A stretch of 64,000 nucleotides of DNA, taken from assembly GCA_965219445.1 (NCBI GenBank), contig CBDCNQ010000005.1, positions 32,001-96,000 on the forward strand. The letters run 5' to 3'. Below, one piece after another: positions 9,851 to 20,754 of this stretch. The translations under genes were made by a program, and so were the position numbers. This stretch comes from Longimicrobiales bacterium. Lineage in GTDB: Bacteria; Gemmatimonadota; Gemmatimonadetes; Longimicrobiales; Gaopeijiaceae. Each line of letters starts with the position of its first letter. The stretch's first letter is position 1. The notes below the pieces were generated by a model. That model ran no database searches and had not been told where the DNA came from. It saw only the letters and a program-made list of their open reading frames with translations.

Positions 9851-10491
9851 GGCTGCTGATGCCCGGTCGATGGCCTCCGACGACGATAGAACGTGGCTCG
9901 GGCGACCCTGAGCGCATCGCACGCGGGCTTTACCCCTACGTACGTGGCCAGCGCCTCGGCCGCCTTCACGAGTTCGTCCCGTCCTCGAGGCTCAATCCCA
10001 GCAGCCCTGCAACTTTTCCCTGGACGTCGATGATCAGGCGCGCCTTCTCGAGTTCCTTCTCTAGGCGAGTGTTCTCGCGCTCCAGCTTGCGCACTTTCCC
10101 CTCCAGCGGATTCCGTTCGCTCGGCTTTCGACCTCGTCTCTTCGACAGCGCTCTCAGCGACCCACTCCGCACCGCCTTGCGCCATGTCGTCAGGTGCGAC
10201 GAGTACAAGCCCTCGCGTCGCAGGAGTCGCCCTACCTCTCCCGGCTCCGTGCACCGGTCCGCTTCTTCGACGACCCGCAGCTTGTACGACGGACTAAACC
10301 GTCGGCGCGTCGGCTTATCTACCACCTCCGCGTCCGGAGCAGCTGCCGCGCTTCGCTTACCCTCCCAGGTTAGTGGGGCAATTCCATTCTCTTCCATTCT
10401 CTCTCGGTGTCCCAGCATCCTCGGTTTCTCTGCCTTCGCCCTACTCTAATTCTTTACTCGTTCCGTGTCTCACCTAAGTTGGCAGAGAGGG
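9851..10491 (-). mobile_element. truncated IS (IS3-like DDE element): left end, orfA (9966-10418) and 5' of orfB
   Basis: Near-identical to 14222-14859 of the complete copy. Confidence 0.88.
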
Positions 10492-10654
10492 TCATGGTGT
10501 GGGGTCACGTAACGGAATACGCTTGTTGGCGAAAGGGAGGTCTCGTAACCGAACGCCCTGCGAGATCCACTGGAATGTGCCTCATTGCGGCAACACAAGA
10601 AGTATCAGCCCACGGGTGTCCAGCTGGTCCGCTCTCACTCAGCAGGAGGATGAC

Positions 10655-11017
10655 ATGACTGCTCCAGATCCGAACACCCAAGCTGGCCAACGCTTCCAAG
10701 AGAAGTTCGAGTTCTACTTGGTCGCGCTGGCCTTCACTATACTCGGATTGGCTGCGCAGACAGCAGAGTTCGGGACTTTGGTCTGGGCCGACTTGGCTGA
10801 GTTGGTAGCCTGGGCAGCGCTGCTCTTATCAGGATTGAAAGGGCTGGCTAGATTGGAGTGGATCTCGCACACTTACAAGCTATTTGGGATGAAGTCGGAG
10901 CAGCTAGGGGTTCTCACGCATCTGAAGCGCGATCCGAGCATTGGTGAGGTTGAGTTCGTGAATGAAACACTTTCGCGCTCAGATTGGTGTAGAGCCCCTC
11001 GCCGGCACGGCCCATGA
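10655..11017 (+). pseudogene. membrane protein, probably 3'-truncated
   Basis: AGGAGG RBS, two hydrophobic helices; runs head-on into the opposite-strand ORF. Confidence 0.45.
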
Positions 11018-11744
11018 TGTGAATCTCGCCAATAGAGGTAGAGCGCACGATGCGGCGCAGCCGGCTGTTGATATCGTCGGCCGACCATCCGGCCTCCTCG
11101 GCGGCGGCGGTGAAGCGCTCCACGAGCGTCGCCTGCACGATCATCTGCTGGCCGAGGATCTCCTCGAATATGGGCCTGATCTCGTCGAACTCACTGGTGT
11201 AAGTGTCGCTCAAGAGTTCCGGCATGTCGAACTCCGCCAGTACTGAGGTCATGACGGGCGAGGCGTAGGCGTTGCTCTGGCTTACTTGCTCCTCGAATGC
11301 GAGGGCGTTGCCGACCTGGACGATCCGCTGCCGGTCGACACCCGAGACGTCGGCGTACTTGTAGACCCTGTGGTCGATCTCCCGTACCTGCGCTTCCTGC
11401 GTCACGACGTCGTCGCTGTCCACGGAGGACGAGAGAAGGACGTGAAACACCGAGGCCTGCGGCTGCACGGCGGGATCGGGATCGAACCGGAACGGTGTCA
11501 GCGCACCGCCTTCATCCCGGACGTTGGTGACGTAGACGACGCCCTGCTCGTCGGTTATCCAGAACTCGTCGACCACCGTATTCGCGGCGATATCGTCGAG
11601 GGTCTCGATCAGGCGCGCCGCGTCATACCCGGCTGCCTCCGCCGCGGCAACGAGATGTGCGGTGATGCGCGCCTGCGCCGTCATCTGCAGGTCGATCATC
11701 GCGTCCAGCGCGTGCGCTACGTCCGCCAACGATATCTTGTCCAT
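10914..11744 (-). CDS. sensor-like protein with an internally repeated domain, probably 3'-truncated
   Basis: QMTAQA...AAAEAAGY...EFWITD repeats as QMIVQA...AAAEEAGW...EIHI. Confidence 0.55.
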   Translation of the reverse strand: MDKISLADVAHALDAMIDLQMTAQARITAHLVAAAEAAGYDAARLIETLDDIAANTVVDEFWITDEQGVVYVTNVRDEGGALTPFRFDPDPAVQPQASVFHVLLSSSVDSDDVVTQEAQVREIDHRVYKYADVSGVDRQRIVQVGNALAFEEQVSQSNAYASPVMTSVLAEFDMPELLSDTYTSEFDEIRPIFEEILGQQMIVQATLVERFTAAAEEAGWSADDINSRLRRIVRSTSIGEIHIMGRAGEGLYTNLSAKVFHSRTQPHQCSDRASDA

Positions 11745-12154
11745 ATCGATGCTGCGGCTTTCGTGAGCTATCCTCTTGGCTTACGAACAGGTTAAAGCAG
11801 CCCGCTTCTGACTTCCCAGCTCCAAGGAGGTGATATCGATACAGCTTATATACTCCAGGTGCGTGACTCCAGGTGACTCTTTACCATCCGGGCAATCTCG
11901 CGGGAGGCCACTGCCGTCGGACTGGACGGGCAGAGCCACTTGCGAAGGTTGGACAGCCGACTTCGCATCGGCGTTGGTGGGCTCAAGCACGCCTCAACAG
12001 CAACGTTACCTCCATGGCCAGGCCATCGCTACTCTGCCACCCTTCGACCCGTTGAGCTCGCAATCTCGACCAGTGCTTCTCCCTGGGCTCTTGGGGCTAT
12101 GACCCCATACTCCCAACTGATGGAGTCTCCGGCAAACCCCACGCCGTTCAGCCC

Positions 12155-12250
12155 GCTTACTTTCTGTTCCTAGTTTGGGGCTGGGACGTCACTACGTGGG
12201 TAGCCTCGGCTGGAATCATCGGTATCGCCATCGGTTTCGGCGCCAATGCA
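12155..12250 (+). pseudogene. MscS mechanosensitive channel fragment
   Basis: LVWGWDVTTWVASAGIIGIAIGFGA resembles the MscS TM3 motif; no start or continuation. Confidence 0.45.
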
Positions 12251-12324
12251 CACGCGGACTCATTGGGCACTAGATCCCGACGACCTTCGGTGGGTCTACT
12301 TCCGCTCCCAAATTTCGCCTCCGC

Positions 12325-13107
12325 TCAGCAGAGCCTGAAGCGCCTTGGGGTTGGGTAACCGACCCGTATGGAGAATCCGAATCCGGCGTCGTTCGCCTCG
12401 ATGCCCGGGGGTGGCCGCGAGTCTCGACGCCAACTCCCAGAAACGACAAAATGGACCTGATCGGAAGCCGGAATCTCAACCTCCATGTCGACGGACACGC
12501 GATAGTCGCCGAGGTCCGACATCACCGGCTGATAGAAACCCGTGGTCAAGAGCCGGACGGCACCGGCTCCGCCGCATGCAGAAAGCAGATTCGCGCCCCT
12601 CAAGTCTGTCCGAGCCTCTCCGGACACCAAGAGCTCGTCTTCCAGCATGAGACCGACGCCGACGTCCAGACCACCATCTTCCAGCCGCACGACTTGCCGA
12701 CGAAGCCCGCCCCCGACCAGCAACCTGCGGTCGAGGTCGATCGACTGATCCGCCTGGATCTGAACGAACGCGTAGGTTCGCATCGCGTCTGAGAATACAT
12801 ATGAGTGCCTGACGTGCGCCGACCGCTCATGCACGACGTTCTTTTCCTCTGAGCGCTTGATCCGATAAGAGGGATAGAACCGGAGCCAGTGGCCCGGTGC
12901 AGGCACGCGGTATGACAAGCCTCCGGTTAAACGTAAATCCAGATAATCCGCATTGCCGGCTCCACCGTCCAACGAGAGCTCCGCCTGGATGAACAAACTA
13001 TCCACAGCGTTGCGGTCAAGACCTTCGTGGCTGCGAATCACTTGGGCACGAACTGATGATGTGAAAACAAGCGAGAGCACCACGAGGCACAACGGGACTT
13101 TGCTCAT
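12325..13107 (-). CDS. DUF481-like outer-membrane beta-barrel protein
   Basis: Signal peptide, alternating beta-strand pattern, C-terminal DSRPPPG loop. Confidence 0.7.
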   Translation of the reverse strand: MSKVPLCLVVLSLVFTSSVRAQVIRSHEGLDRNAVDSLFIQAELSLDGGAGNADYLDLRLTGGLSYRVPAPGHWLRFYPSYRIKRSEEKNVVHERSAHVRHSYVFSDAMRTYAFVQIQADQSIDLDRRLLVGGGLRRQVVRLEDGGLDVGVGLMLEDELLVSGEARTDLRGANLLSACGGAGAVRLLTTGFYQPVMSDLGDYRVSVDMEVEIPASDQVHFVVSGSWRRDSRPPPGIEANDAGFGFSIRVGYPTPRRFRLC

Positions 13108-13258
13108 AGGCCCTCCATCGGGGTGTTGATCTGCGGGGCTGTCGGTTTCAGTGCCCGACTAATATGCCGATCGAGCCAGACGTGAACCCCGGGTTCGCGG
13201 GAGGCTCCATTCCTTGAGAGCCCGGGGTCATGGCAAGATCGCCGAGGTACTCCCCGGA

Positions 13259-15212
13259 GGGGTCAAGTCCCGAGTTGTGTGTAAAAAGAGGGCGGAACCT
13301 GTCAACGCCAGTGAGACACTCTTGGAAATCAATTAGAGAGCAATCTCCTGTGTCGTGAGGGATGGGGTGGGAGGATTGATCCAGACGGCCTCCGGGAGTG
13401 GTTTAGGCTTCGGCTCACCGGAGACGAAGCGCTCGGGATGAGCGGCCCATGCCTCACGGAGCACGGCCTTCCTGCAGGCGATGATCCGATCGGCGTGACC
13501 GAAGTGGACCTGTTCGGGGGTCAGCATCGAGATGCCGCCATGGCGGTGCTCGGCATTATACCAACGGAAGAACGAGCGACAGAAGGTCTTGGCTTGCCCC
13601 TGATCCCCGAACCGGCCGGGAAACGAGGGATGGTACTTCAAGGTCTTGAACTGAGCCTCGGAGAACGGATTGTCATCCGAGACCTGGGGTCGGCCCAACG
13701 AGCGGGTCACGCCGAGATCGGCGAGTAGTTGAGCCGTGCATTGGCTCGTCATCGGAGCCCCTCGATCGGAATGCAGGGTCAGGAGGTGGGGCTGGACGCC
13801 ATGCTTCAAGCAACTCTGCTGGATCAGCCGGCTGGCCAGGGCAGAGTTCTCCCGATCCGCCACCATCCATCCCACGACGTAGCGGCTGAAGATGTCCAGG
13901 ATCACGTAGAGGTAGAAGTAACTCCACTTCTTCGGCCCCAGCAGCCGGGTGATATCCCAGGACCAGACCTGGTTCGGGCCCCTCGCCATCAACTCGGGCT
14001 TCTGGTATTTGGGATGACTCCGCTGCGCTCGACGCTCCTGAACCGGCACCTGGGAAGCCAGAACGCGATACATCGTACGCTCGCTGCACAGGTAGACGTC
14101 CTCGTCGAGCAGCGTCGCCACCACCTCGGCTGGGGACCGGTCCACGAACCGCTCCGAACACAGGGTGTCGAAAATCTTGTCCCGCTCCCTCTCACTTAAG
14201 GCCCGGGCGGGGGTCGGGCGGGGCTGCTGATGCCCGGTCGATGCACTCCGACGACGGTAGAACGTGGCTCGCGGCACCCTGAGCGCATCGCACGCGGGCT
14301 TCACCCCTACGTGCTTGGCTAGCTCCTGGGTCGCCTTCATGAGTTCGTCCCGTCCTCGAGGCTCAATCCCAGCAGCCCTGCAACTTTTCCCTGGACGTCG
14401 ATGATCAAGTGCGCCTTCTGGAGCTCCTTCTCGAGGCGAGTGTTCTCGCGCTCCAGCTTGCGCACCTTCTCCTCCAGCGGATTGCGCTCGCGCTTACGGC
14501 CTCGTTTCTTCGACAGCGCTTTCAGGGACCCGCTATGCGCCGCCTTGCGCCATGTCGTCAGGTGCGACGAGTACAAGCCCTCCCGCCGTAGGAGTCGGCC
14601 AACCTCTCCGGGCTCCGTGCACCGGTCCGCTTCTTCGACGATCCGCAGCTTGTACGACGGAGCGAACCGCCGGCGCAGCGGCCTATCTACCACCTCCGAG
14701 TCCGCAGGAGCTGCCGCGCTTCGCTTACCGTCCCAGGTTGGTGGGGCTATTCCATTCTCTTTCATTCTCTCTCGGTGTCTCAGCATCCTCGGTTTCTCTG
14801 CCTTCGCCCTACTCTAATTCCTTAGCTGCTCCGTGTCTCACGTAAGTTGGCAGAGAGGGCTCCTCGACGCTTCGGTTAGGCTGCCTTGGCGAGCTCCTTG
14901 GGCTCGAGGAGTGAGAGGTCCAGGTAACGGCGCTCGCTCCAGACCGCAGTAGTCCTCAGAGCAACCGCGGTGATGAGGCGGAGTGCACTGGCTCGGTCGG
15001 GGAAGGCGCCGGCGCTCCGGATTCGACGCTTGATCTCGGTGTGCAGGCGCTCGAGGCTGTTCGTGGTGCGTAGCCTGGCCCAGTGGGGCTCGGGAAACGC
15101 GTAGAACTGGGTGGCGGCCGTGAAGCCCCGCTCGAGCACCGGGTTCGTGTGATGATGAACATTCACAAGGAGCTTCCTCTTTCTTTCCCGGGCCAACTCG
15201 GGACTTGACCCC
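13259..15212 (-). mobile_element. internally deleted IS256-family element, interrupted by an IS3-like element
   Basis: Perfect 19-bp inverted repeat GGGGTCAAGTCCCGAGTTG (13259-13277 / 15194-15212); transposase C-terminus FYAFPEPHW..LRTTNSLERLHTEIKRR..GAFPD at ~14876-15145. Confidence 0.85.
13300..14852 (-). mobile_element. complete IS3-like element: orfA 14337-14786, orfB DDE transposase 13333-14340
   Basis: Inverted repeats TGYCAAC.....GTGAGACAC; DDE motifs WSWDIT, HSDRG, DNPFSEAQFKTLK; flanking AGAGGGC direct repeat. Confidence 0.92.
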
Positions 15213-15299
15213 GACGACTCAAGTCACAACCCTGATTAGCCGACTACTGGTGTATATTTGAATAGGGCGTTAGGTGTATCTGTCCACTGGGAGGCCAAC

Positions 15300-15527
15300 A
15301 TGTCACTTGAAAAAGAGAAGGAGACCTATTTGGCCAAACTCTCCGAGCTAGAACAGGACGAGGGCAAGTATGTATTGATCCACGGGGCGGAGGTGGTTGA
15401 GGTTTTCGAGAGCTATGCTGATGCTCTCAGTTATGGGTACGACAAGTTTGGCTTGGAACCCTTCTTGGTCAAGCTGATCGAGGGCACAGAGCGAGTTCAA
15501 CTCGTCACGCGATTGATCACTGGGTAG
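15300..15527 (+). CDS. small DUF5678-like protein paired with an aspartyl protease
   Basis: GKYVLIHG.EVVEVF.SY.DAL..GY.KFG motif; GGAGG RBS. Confidence 0.7.
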   Translation: MSLEKEKETYLAKLSELEQDEGKYVLIHGAEVVEVFESYADALSYGYDKFGLEPFLVKLIEGTERVQLVTRLITG

Positions 15528-15536
15528 GGTGCCCTA

Positions 15537-17244
15537 GTGGCGCACTTCACACTCACGATTGACCCGCTAGGAGGGCCGCTCCTAACGGCGTTCATCGCGG
15601 TCAGCGAACAACGTGCTGATGCACTAACTAAAGCCAACCAATCCGTACCTACGGCACAACAAGTTCGCGCACTAGTTGACACAGGTGCCAGCGCAACATG
15701 CGTTGATCCGCAAGTTCTTCAGAGCCTCCAGCTACAACCAACCGGAAGTACGCTCGTCCATACACCGTCATCAGGCCAACAGGGCGAGACGAAAGACCAG
15801 TATGACGTCGGGCTAATGATTGGAGTTAGCCCCTGACGGTGGACACCTATTCTCTTTAGAGAGAGGAGTCCACGATGCCAAGAACGAGACCGCCGTATTC
15901 GTTGGAGTTCCGCCAGCAGATGGTGGAGCTGGTCAAAGCAGGTCGCACGCCTGAGGAGCTGAGTCGGGAGTTTGAGCCCACAGCGCAGACGATCCACAAT
16001 TGGGTGAAGCAGACGGACCTCGACACGGGAGTCAGAAGCGACGGCCTGACGTCGTCAGAGCGCGAGGAGCTCCGCGAGCTTCGGCGTGAGAACAAGCGGC
16101 TTCGTGTCGAGCGGGAGATCCTAAAAAAAGCCGCGGCCTGGTTCGCTCAGGAGTCCGACTCGGTGCCCCCGAAGCGTTCGAGTTCGTGAGGGCCAACCAG
16201 GCCGAGTTCAGCGTGCAGATGATGTGCGAAGTCCTGAGCGTCTCGCCCAGCGGGTACTACGCATGGAGAAAGCGTCCTCCATCGCATCGCGCGGTCGAGA
16301 ACGAGCGACTGCTAGGTCGGATGCGTGAGATCCACACGTTCAGCCGTGAGACGTATGGCCAGCCACGGATGTACGCCGAGCTCAGGGACGACGGCTGGCA
16401 GGTCAACCACAAGCGGGTGCGTCGTCTGATGAGGCTGGCAGGACTACAAGGCGCTACGCGGCGAAGGAAGTGGCGCACGACGAAGCGAAACAGAGATGCT
16501 CGACCTGCCCCCGATCTCGTCGCGCGCGACTTCAGTGTGCACGGCCCGGACCAGCTCTGGGTTGCCGACATCACCTACGTGCCGACCTGGAGCGGCTTCT
16601 TGTACCTGTCAGTCGTCGTCGATGCGTGGAGCCGCCATGTGGTCGGATGGTCGATGAAGACGCATCTCAAGACCGATCTCGTGCTCGACGCGCTGAACAT
16701 GGCGCTGCAGCAACGACGACCGAACGGTGTCATCCATCATAGCGATCAGGGTACCCAGTACACCTCGATCGCCTTCGGCCTACGCTGCAAAGAGGCCAGC
16801 GTCCGACCCTCGATGGGCTCGGTCGGCGACGCGTACGATAACGCGATGTGCGAGAGCTTCTTCGCCACGCTCGAGACCGAACTCATCGAACGAAAGAGCT
16901 TCCGCAATCAGGCCGAGGCCAGGATGGCCGTGTTCGACTTCATCGAAGCCTGGTACAATCCCCACCGACGGCACTCTGCCCTCGGCCAATTGTCTCCTCT
17001 TAACTACGAAAAGGAACACGCCCCCGCCGCGTGAATCTCTAGTCCAAAACCGTCCACCGTGCGGGGCCAACTCCAGATTCCAGGAATTCACCAGACGCAC
17101 CCCCCACTCGTCAGGCGCACCATACCCGTCATCTCTTCTGATCTGTCACTGCAAGGAATTGACGCGCTGATAGGTAGGGATGTCCTCGGAGAATGCATCC
17201 TGATCTACAATGGCAGGGATAAGTTCTTCACTCTCGCGTTTTAG
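15537..17244 (+). pseudogene. retropepsin-like aspartyl protease split by IS3
   Basis: ALVDTGAS before the IS and ALIGRDVL after it; removing 15821-17078 restores the frame (VGLMIPGIH). Confidence 0.88.
15821..17075 (+). mobile_element. complete IS3-family element: orfA 15875-16189, orfB 16186-17034
   Basis: TG...CA inverted repeats (TGGAGTT.GCCCC..ACGGTGGAC), 3-bp target duplication GAT, A7G slippery site at 16123-16130, DDE motifs. Confidence 0.95.
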
Positions 17245-17292
17245 ATAGGCCCATCCCCCCATCCCCACGCCCGATCATCGGCCGTAGCTTCG

Positions 17293-17410
17293 GTCAAGTC
17301 CCGAGTTGTGTGTAAAAGTGAGTTCCTCCTCCCCCGCTTCCCCGATCGCCGCCTCGAGCTCGTCCGCGCACGTCTGGAATGCCGCGGCTACCCCCGGAGC
17401 GAACGTCATG
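17293..17410. mobile_element. solo IS256 end abutting a fragment of an excisionase-like gene
   Basis: GGTCAAGTCCCGAGTTGTGTGTAAAA identical to 13261-13286; minus-strand AAAFQTCADELEAAIGEAGEEELT resembles VALESCAAELETTLRERDETTLS of 472-919. Confidence 0.65.
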
Positions 17411-17631
17411 CACGGGGATCGCACGTAGCTCAGTCGCAAACAGCCCCCGGTATGGGTGCCAGCGGCCTCCTGACAGTTTCGGGACTCAGTTTTGGGCTGC
17501 GAATTGGCCATATGTACCACGTCTCCGGGATCCGCTCGAGGCGTGTTGACTGGCCCCCGAGGGTGGTCCAAATTTCTCGCGTAATACCGCGTATTTGAGG
17601 CTATCGCGGCCAAGCTCTGCTAGGGGGTCAT

Positions 17632-18561
17632 ATGCCGGTCATCAAGGTCTTTTACTCATGGCAGTCGGACTCGCCCCCTGAGACTGGCAAAGCCCTAGTC
17701 CGCGCTGCCCTTGGAGAAGCTGTCCGTCGGCTCATGGTAGACGCCACAGTTGAGCTGCGGCCGGAGATCGACGAGGACACCACTGGAATACCGGGATCTC
17801 CGAACATCGTACAGCAGATTCTCCGCAAGATCGACGGCTCAGGTGTGTTCGTCGCTGATACGACGTTGACCTACGAACGAGGACAGGAGGACGGCAGGCG
17901 GGCACCAAATCCGAACGTCTTGCTGGAGCTGGGCTACGCCCTGAAGCGGCTCGGCTGGGAAAGGGTCCTTCAGGTGATCAACACCGCGTATGGGAATCCA
18001 GAGGCGCTACCCTTTGACCTCCGGGGGCATCGAGCGGTGACCTATGATGCGGCCGACGGCTCCAAAGCCTCGGCTCAAGAAGGCCTCATCCACGACCTAG
18101 AGGAGAACCTCCGCCTCATTCTGTCGGAACTTGGGCTCCCCGGCGACTTGGCGGCGCCGGTGCGACTCGAGCTCGGATACCGCAACCGAAGAATCACGTC
18201 GGCCCGTCATGTGTACAGGCTCTCCGTAACAGCCACGAACACTGGCAGTGACGTCATCGAGGGCTGGGCGGTCGAGATCCGACTCCCCCGGGACGTTCTC
18301 GAGCCGACTCTGAACTATCCGAATATCGAAGCCTCTTCGTCTCGAGACGAGGTGGTGATGCGCTGGACAGAACTGGAGCACAGCGGCCCAATCTATCCGG
18401 ACGACACCAGAGAGGTGATCGGGTTGGATTACTTCATGGACCACGATCTTCACCGTCGGAGCTTGCACCTGTTTCCACAACCGGTCCGTGCAACGTTCTT
18501 CATCGGGGGAAGCAGAGTCGCCTTCGTTGAAAAACTCTTCCGCGAGCTGCAGATCTTCTAA
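17632..18561 (+). CDS. TIR-like / nucleoside-deoxyribosyltransferase-fold protein with C-terminal Ig-like domain
   Basis: FYSWQSD, GSPNI...KID...FVAD, PNPNVLLELGYA, LPFDL motifs; beta-rich tail (LSVTATNTG...WAVEIRLP). Confidence 0.75.
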   Translation: MPVIKVFYSWQSDSPPETGKALVRAALGEAVRRLMVDATVELRPEIDEDTTGIPGSPNIVQQILRKIDGSGVFVADTTLTYERGQEDGRRAPNPNVLLELGYALKRLGWERVLQVINTAYGNPEALPFDLRGHRAVTYDAADGSKASAQEGLIHDLEENLRLILSELGLPGDLAAPVRLELGYRNRRITSARHVYRLSVTATNTGSDVIEGWAVEIRLPRDVLEPTLNYPNIEASSSRDEVVMRWTELEHSGPIYPDDTREVIGLDYFMDHDLHRRSLHLFPQPVRATFFIGGSRVAFVEKLFRELQIF

Positions 18562-18956
18562 GGGACGGGAGGTCGCCCGAGTAGAAGTCAGCCGCCGGGA
18601 CACTGACCTGCCCCCATAGTTGCCCCTAGAGCTACGCTGGCATCAATCAGGCTTAACCGACGGATGATGTGTGCCACACATGGTGAACCCCGTGTTGGCC
18701 TGTACACTGGGCGTCATCGCCGACCCATGTCGGCAATCGTCTGCTTCCGACACAGGTCGGTAGTCTGCACATCCACTTCGTTTCGCCCTACCGTCAAGAG
18801 ATTCTGGAACGTAAGACTCGGTCGCTTGCGGAACGATGTGTGGCTTGATTAGGCGGCTTCTCGGAACCGACATCGGCGTAGGGAATCGCCAGCGTGGCTG
18901 CAACGAGGAGCCCCTCGTTTGCCGCTTGTCGCGGGCGCTAGGACCTCCGCTACCGC

Positions 18957-20384
18957 CTACACGCTTGGGCTTGCCACGGATCGAGCTGGTGCAGCCGTGA
19001 TCGTCGTCACGTCCATCAGCGAGAAGTGATGATCACCGGTAGCGACGATCTGGCCGAACTCACAACCGTCCTGGCACGCCACGCCGACACGTTGGTCCAT
19101 GATGCCCGGATAGTAGCGAAAGCGCTGAATCCCCAGGTCACTCTGACCGGCGATCCCCGTTACCATCGAGATCAGATGGAAGACTTCGAGTGAGGCCAGG
19201 TTCACACTGAAGGGGAACACGTTCTCTCGGCGGCGCAGGGCGCTCGCGGGATCGAGCCCAGCCATGTAGCTCGGATCATCCAGCAGGCCCGCCTGGTCGA
19301 GTGAGACAGCGTTCTCGTCGTACGCGCCAAGACAGCGCAAGCAGGCCCGACCAGGCGCGACGGTCTGAACCTGCCAGTCTGCGCCCCGAAACCGGCCGTT
19401 CCGGTGCCTCACACGAATGCCCCCGTCGATCACCGGTACCAGGTGGCTATAGGCCAGGAAGTTCAGGACGTGGCGTGGATGCGGACGGTCTACGCAACTG
19501 AAGAGGATGTCGCAGTCGAGCGCGGCACCGTAGGCATCCGGATGCGATATCTTCTCCGCTACGGTGCACAGATCAAGCTCTGCAGCCGTGGCGATCACTC
19601 TGACCCGCTCGAGCGCCACCTCGGTTTTGAGCCGTCCGATGTCGGCCTCAGTCGCGGAAACCAGCCGATCGAGGTTCTTCAGCTCGACTCTGTCGAAATC
19701 GATAAGCGTGATCTTCTGTAGACCCATCCGGGCCAAAGACTCTGCGACCATCGAACCCACACTACCGACCCCGACGATCCCGACGCGGACGCGCTCGAGT
19801 TTGACCTGAGCGTCATTTCCCCACGCAGAGACCGTCCGGATCAGCGCCTCGCCTCGCCTCGCCGCCCGCGCCATGGTTGGCGGGCGCGACACCCGTAGTG
19901 CGTCTCCAACAACTCGCACCTCTGGGAGCCATGTGATGCGAGGCTCCGGGTGTTCTGGCACCGCCCTCCAAGTTCGTGCGCTCCACGTTCCATCAGTACC
20001 CGTGGTAAGGCCGATGAGCGGCAGGTCAGTAAGTGCACAGGCGGCGCGGGCGATTCTGGTCTCGGCCGAGATATCATCTTCACTCATGTACTGCCATCCC
20101 GGGAACGGATGGCTATGAAGAAAGGCCAGGCCCGCGCGGACCCGTAGCGCGGCCTCTAGAGCGCGGTGCAGGTAGCTCGCGTTGAAGCTCACATTTCCAT
20201 GGATCTGACGATCACCCGGCTCCGGAGGTATTCGCTTAGCGACAAGGGCCGTTCGACGGTGCTTTCCCTTAGAGGGATACCACAGGGCGAAAGAGAGGTC
20301 CTCCTGTCCGTCTCCGCGCACGAGCACCTTGTGCAGCTCGCTGGCGAGGGTGGTTGGTATCGCCGCGGAGTTGATCTCAAGCAT
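18957..20384 (-). CDS. JAB metallopeptidase - ThiF/E1 adenylase fusion
   Basis: JAB: QED...FLHSHP-x6-SEDD; E1: GVGSVG, DFDRVELKNLDRL, CVD, DGGI, CLRC...CQDGC. Confidence 0.9.
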   Translation of the reverse strand: MLEINSAAIPTTLASELHKVLVRGDGQEDLSFALWYPSKGKHRRTALVAKRIPPEPGDRQIHGNVSFNASYLHRALEAALRVRAGLAFLHSHPFPGWQYMSEDDISAETRIARAACALTDLPLIGLTTGTDGTWSARTWRAVPEHPEPRITWLPEVRVVGDALRVSRPPTMARAARRGEALIRTVSAWGNDAQVKLERVRVGIVGVGSVGSMVAESLARMGLQKITLIDFDRVELKNLDRLVSATEADIGRLKTEVALERVRVIATAAELDLCTVAEKISHPDAYGAALDCDILFSCVDRPHPRHVLNFLAYSHLVPVIDGGIRVRHRNGRFRGADWQVQTVAPGRACLRCLGAYDENAVSLDQAGLLDDPSYMAGLDPASALRRRENVFPFSVNLASLEVFHLISMVTGIAGQSDLGIQRFRYYPGIMDQRVGVACQDGCEFGQIVATGDHHFSLMDVTTITAAPARSVASPSV

Positions 20385-20754
20385 CGCTGAACACCTTGTT
20401 CACTTTGGAGATGAGCCGGCGGGCTGTCTTAGGGTTGGACCAGCCGAGGTTGTGGCTCCAATAGCGCCACTCTGGTCCGAGGGGGCTGTTCGTGATGTTT
20501 CGTTTGCCCGCAACGGTGTCTGAAATGTCGAACAAATGTGGGTCGGAACGCACGTGGATCGCGGGAGCGACCGTGAGCGGGAAGTCCGGCGTCGCCTGCA
20601 GGCCGAGATCGATGATGCGATCGACAAAACGCCCGACAGGCACCTCGAAGCTTGGGATCACAAGGAACGGCGTGCCGTCCGAAGCCGTGACGCGTTTGGC
20701 CGGGAAGCCGATCGCCGTAAGGTCGGCGTGGAGCCGATCAGGCCCAAAGATCAC
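20377..20754 (-). CDS. prokaryotic E2-like protein, cysteine-free
   Basis: PDFPLT...IHV and WRYWSH motifs; lies between the Ubl and E1 genes with overlapping stop/start codons. Confidence 0.7.
   Translation of the reverse strand: MIFGPDRLHADLTAIGFPAKRVTASDGTPFLVIPSFEVPVGRFVDRIIDLGLQATPDFPLTVAPAIHVRSDPHLFDISDTVAGKRNITNSPLGPEWRYWSHNLGWSNPKTARRLISKVNKVFSDA

Noticed and set aside
15194..17318. Composite transposon of IS256 ends carrying the protease module
   Set aside because: The two nearest ends are oriented so that the module lies outside both, and no matching target duplication was found.
18604..18900. Possible IS3 end (TGACCTGCCCCC) and small ORFs
   Set aside because: Too short, with no partner end, transposase or recognisable protein.
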